From the NCBI RefSeq assembly GCF_009914755.1, contig NC_060938.1: a DNA stretch of 64,000 bases; one strand, 5' to 3'. The stretch comes from the human T2T-CHM13v2.0 reference genome, Homo sapiens. Every line of letters starts with the position of its first letter. Positions within the stretch are counted from its first letter, which is position 1. Below are positions 56,355 through 64,000 of this stretch, one piece after another. Below the pieces are notes generated by a model that saw only the letters and a list, made by a program, of their open reading frames with translations, was not told the origin of the DNA and did no database searches. The position numbers and the translations under genes are program-made.

Positions 56355-56578
56355 GTCTTATTATTATTACACTTTAAGTTCCAGGGTACATGTGCACAAT
56401 GTGCAGGTTTGTTACATATGTATACAGGTGCCATGGTGGTGTGCTGCACCCATTAGCTTGACATTTATATTAGGTATATCTCCTAATGCTATACCTCCCT
56501 GCTCCCCCAACCCCATGACAGGCCCTGGTGTGTGATGTTCCCCACCCTGTGTCCAAGTTTTCTCATTGTTCAATTCCC
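56355..56578 (-). mobile_element. L1PA (PA6-8-like) 3' end, about 220 bp
   Basis: attacactttaagttccagggtacatgtgcacaatgtgcagg. Confidence 0.92.
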
Positions 56579-57439
56579 TTTGTCTTCTTTTAAGGTAACA
56601 TTTCTATTCACTGCTACAACTCAAGGGCCTCTTCTCCACTTTTACCTTACTGCAAGTGCCTTTTCTGTTCAATGGCAGACAATGAAAGTATGAAGGGTTT
56701 CAGAAATTCTCCTCCTTCCCCCTTCTTTATATTAACCTCAAAAACATCACACTTGCCCTAGTTCTGTGGACCTCTTGCCCAACCCCACTCCAATACTGTA
56801 AATTCTCCCTACTCCTGCTGACACTGTCAGTTACATCCAACACAGTGAGTCTTATAGTTCCTGCTAAAATAATGCCACATCAGGAATTCTCTTTTGCCTC
56901 TTCCCATTTGTCTCTCAGGAAGATGAACCAAAATCATCTGCTATCTGACCATTTCAAAATGGGGCAGACACATTTTAGGAAGCATGGTCACTATACATTT
57001 TGGCCTAGAAGTTCATACTTCCTATTTCCCCAGGGAGAACGTGGCCACCTCACAACTCTTCCAGACTTGCATCTCTTTTCATCTCTGTATTTCTGAGAAC
57101 CCATCTGATCTCTGTTCTTATCTTCCTCTGGGGAAGTGGATAGATAGACATGAAGCTTTGAAGTTACTGAGGGTTGTTGATTTTTATTTTCACTGTTTAT
57201 AAACTATTATTAGTCATGACTCATCAATCCTTTCATAACCTTAGCTTTCTCGTTTTTAAAAGTCACTTTTGTATGCCTATTTCTCACTTTCCAGAATCTC
57301 AGTTCCAATATACTTGAAATTCAGGACATTCCTATTAGGATCCTACTTGTAAATATTTTTTAAATATATTTCATCACAATCCTCTAAATTTCGAAAGCAA
57401 GAAGTGCACTAAAGTATATCCTATGTATCATTCATGAGA

Positions 57440-60097
57440 ACTTCTAACCTAGAGAGGCCAACATTATATTCAGAAAGTGTGGAGAACCCCAATAAGACAC
57501 TCTGCAAGATCATCTCCAAGACACATAATCATCAGATTAACCAAGATCAAAATGAAAGAAAAAATGTTAAAGGCAGCTAGAGAGAAACACCAGGTCACCT
57601 GAAATGGGAAGCCCATCAGACTAACAGCAGACCTCTTAGTGGAAACATTAAAAGCCAGAAGAGATGGGGGCCAATAAACAACATTCTTAAAAACATTCCA
57701 ACCCAGAATTTCACATCCAATCAAACTAACCTTCATAAGCAAAAGAAAAATAGGATCCTTTTCAGACAAGCAAAGGCTGAGGGTATTTTTTTACCACCAG
57801 ACCTGCCTTACAGTAGCTCCTGAAAGAGGCACTAAATATGGAAAGGAAAGACCATTACTAGCCACTACAAAAACACTCTGAAGTACACAGACCAGTGACA
57901 CTATGAAGCAACCGCATTAACAAGTCCTCAAAATAAACCTTCCAGCATCATTATGACAGGATCAAATTCACACATATCAAAACTAACCTTAAATGTAAAT
58001 GGGCTAAATGTCCCAATTAAAAGACACAGAGTGGCAAGCTGGATAAAGAACCAAGACCCAGTGGTATGCTGTCTTGAAGAGACCCATCTTACGTGCAGTG
58101 ACACACATATGTTCAAAATAAAGGAATGGAGAAAAGTCTACCAAGAAAATGGAAAACAGAAACAAGCAAAGGTTGCAATCCTATTATCTGACAAAACAGA
58201 CTTCAAACCAACAAACATAAAGCAAGACAAAGAAGGGCATTACCTAATGGTAAAGGGTTCAACTCAACAAGAAGATATAATTATTTTAAATATATATGCA
58301 CCCAACACGGGGCACCCAGATTCCTAAGGCAAGTTCTTAGAGACCTTCAAAGAGACTTAGACTACCACACAATAATGGTGAGAGACTTTGACACCTGACT
58401 CACGATATTGGACATATTATTGAGGCAGAAAATTAACAAAGATATTCAGGACCTGAACTCAACACTGGCTCAAAGAGACCTGATAGATAACTACAGAAAT
58501 CTCCACCAAAACCAACAGAATATACATTCTTCTCATCACCACATGGCACATACTCTAAAATCAACCACACAATTAGAAGTAAAACAGTCTTCAGCAAATG
58601 CAAAAAAACTGAAACTGAAAACTGAGAGTCTGAGGCAGTCCCTGAAAAACAAAAAACTGAAAACTGAGGGACAGTCATAATAAATGGGCAAAAGCTGGAA
58701 GCATTCCCTTTTAAAACTGACAGGAGAAAAGGATGTCTTCTCTCACCATTCCTATTAACATAGTATTAGAATTTCTGTCCAGGGCAGTCAGGCAAGAGGA
58801 AGAAATAAAAGGCATCCAAATAAAGAGAGAAGAAGTGAAACTATCCTTGTTCGCAGACAACATAAAAACACCGTACATAGTTCCAGCCCAAAAGTTTCGT
58901 AAGCTGATAAATAACTTTAGCAAAGTCTCAGAAAACAAAAATCAGTATACAACAATCACTAGCATTTCTATACCCTGACAACAGCCAAGTCAGGGGCCAA
59001 ATCACGAACAAACTCCCATTCATAATTGCCACAAAAGAATAAAATACCTAGGAGTATAGCTAACTTGGAAGTGAAAGATCTCTACAAGGAGAACTGCAGA
59101 CCACTGCTCAAAGAAATCAGAGATGACACAAATAAATGGAAAAACATTCCATGCTCATAGATATGAAGAACTGATATTGTTAAAATGGCCATACTGCCCA
59201 AAGCAGTGTATAGATTTGATGCTTTTCCCATTAAACTGTCATTGAGACTCTTCATCAAACTAGAAAAAAAAAACTATTTGAAAATTCATAGGAACCAAAA
59301 ATGAATGTGAATAGCCAAGGCAATCCTAAGCAAAAAGAAAAAACCTGGAGGCGTCACACTACCCAACTTCAAGCTATACTACAGAGCTACAATAACCAAA
59401 ATAGTATGGTACAATAACAGACACACAGACCAATGGAACAGAATAGAGAACCAAGAAATATGGCCACACACCTAACAACTATGTGACCTGCAAAAACCTG
59501 GCAAAAACAAGCAATGGGGAAAGGATTCCCTACTGAATTAATGGTGCTGAGATAACTGGTTAGCCATATGCAGAAGATTGGCATTGGACTCCTTCCTTAC
59601 ACCAAGTACAAAAATCAACTCAAGATAAACGGACTTAACTGTAAAACCCGAAGCTATAAAAACCCTGGAAGACAACTTAGGAACACCATTCAGGACAAAG
59701 GCATGGGCAAAGATTTCATGAAGAAGACGCCAAAAGCAATTGCAACAAAACCAAAAATTGATAAATGCAACCTAATTAAACTTAAGAGCTTCTACACAGC
59801 AAGAGAAAGTATCAACAGACAACCTACAAAATGTGAGAAAATTTTTGCAAACTATGCATCTGACAAAGGTCTAATATCCAGCTTCTATAAAGAACTGAAA
59901 CTAATTTACAAGAAAAAACCAACAACCCCATTTAAAAGTGGGCAAAAGACATGAACAGACACTTTTCAGAAGATGACATACATGCGGCCAACAATCACAT
60001 GTAAAAAAGCTCAACATCTCAACATTAGAGAAATGCAAATCAAAACCACAATGAGATACTATCTCACACCAGTCAGAATTGCTACTAAAAAAAATCC
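57440..60097 (+). mobile_element. Older L1PA/L1PB element (ORF1 end, ORF2 with internal deletion)
   Basis: ORF2 start MTGSNSHISKLTLNVNGLN at 57953; later ORF2 peptides; interrupted by a younger L1 at about 60098. Confidence 0.92.

Positions 60098-64000
<3,903 letters not shown>

Overview
AT-rich primate (human-like) genomic DNA, shown by AluY/S/J, L1PA, THE1 and MER elements. I found no intact protein-coding gene, RNA gene or CRISPR array. Most listed ORFs are repeat-derived or chance. Much of the window is nested interspersed repeats: L1M/L1PB/L1PA, L2, MIR, MaLR LTRs (including a full THE1D provirus with TSD), a MER44 Tigger-family element, MER81, and a Mutator-like Ricksha element that still shows DDE transposase motifs. 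An L1PA5-like element with its 5'UTR runs off the right edge. The most interesting signal lies in the unique sequence: a series of minus-strand, GT-AG-bounded candidate exons (about 42.2 kb down to the left edge). Their phases mostly chain into a protein-like frame broken by a few stops and one frameshift, which suggests a decayed multi-exon (possibly unitary) pseudogene that I cannot name. An unexplained coding-like block at 53.6-54.4 kb may belong to it. Repeat subfamily names are from recalled consensus sequences, not an alignment, and boundaries of old elements are approximate.
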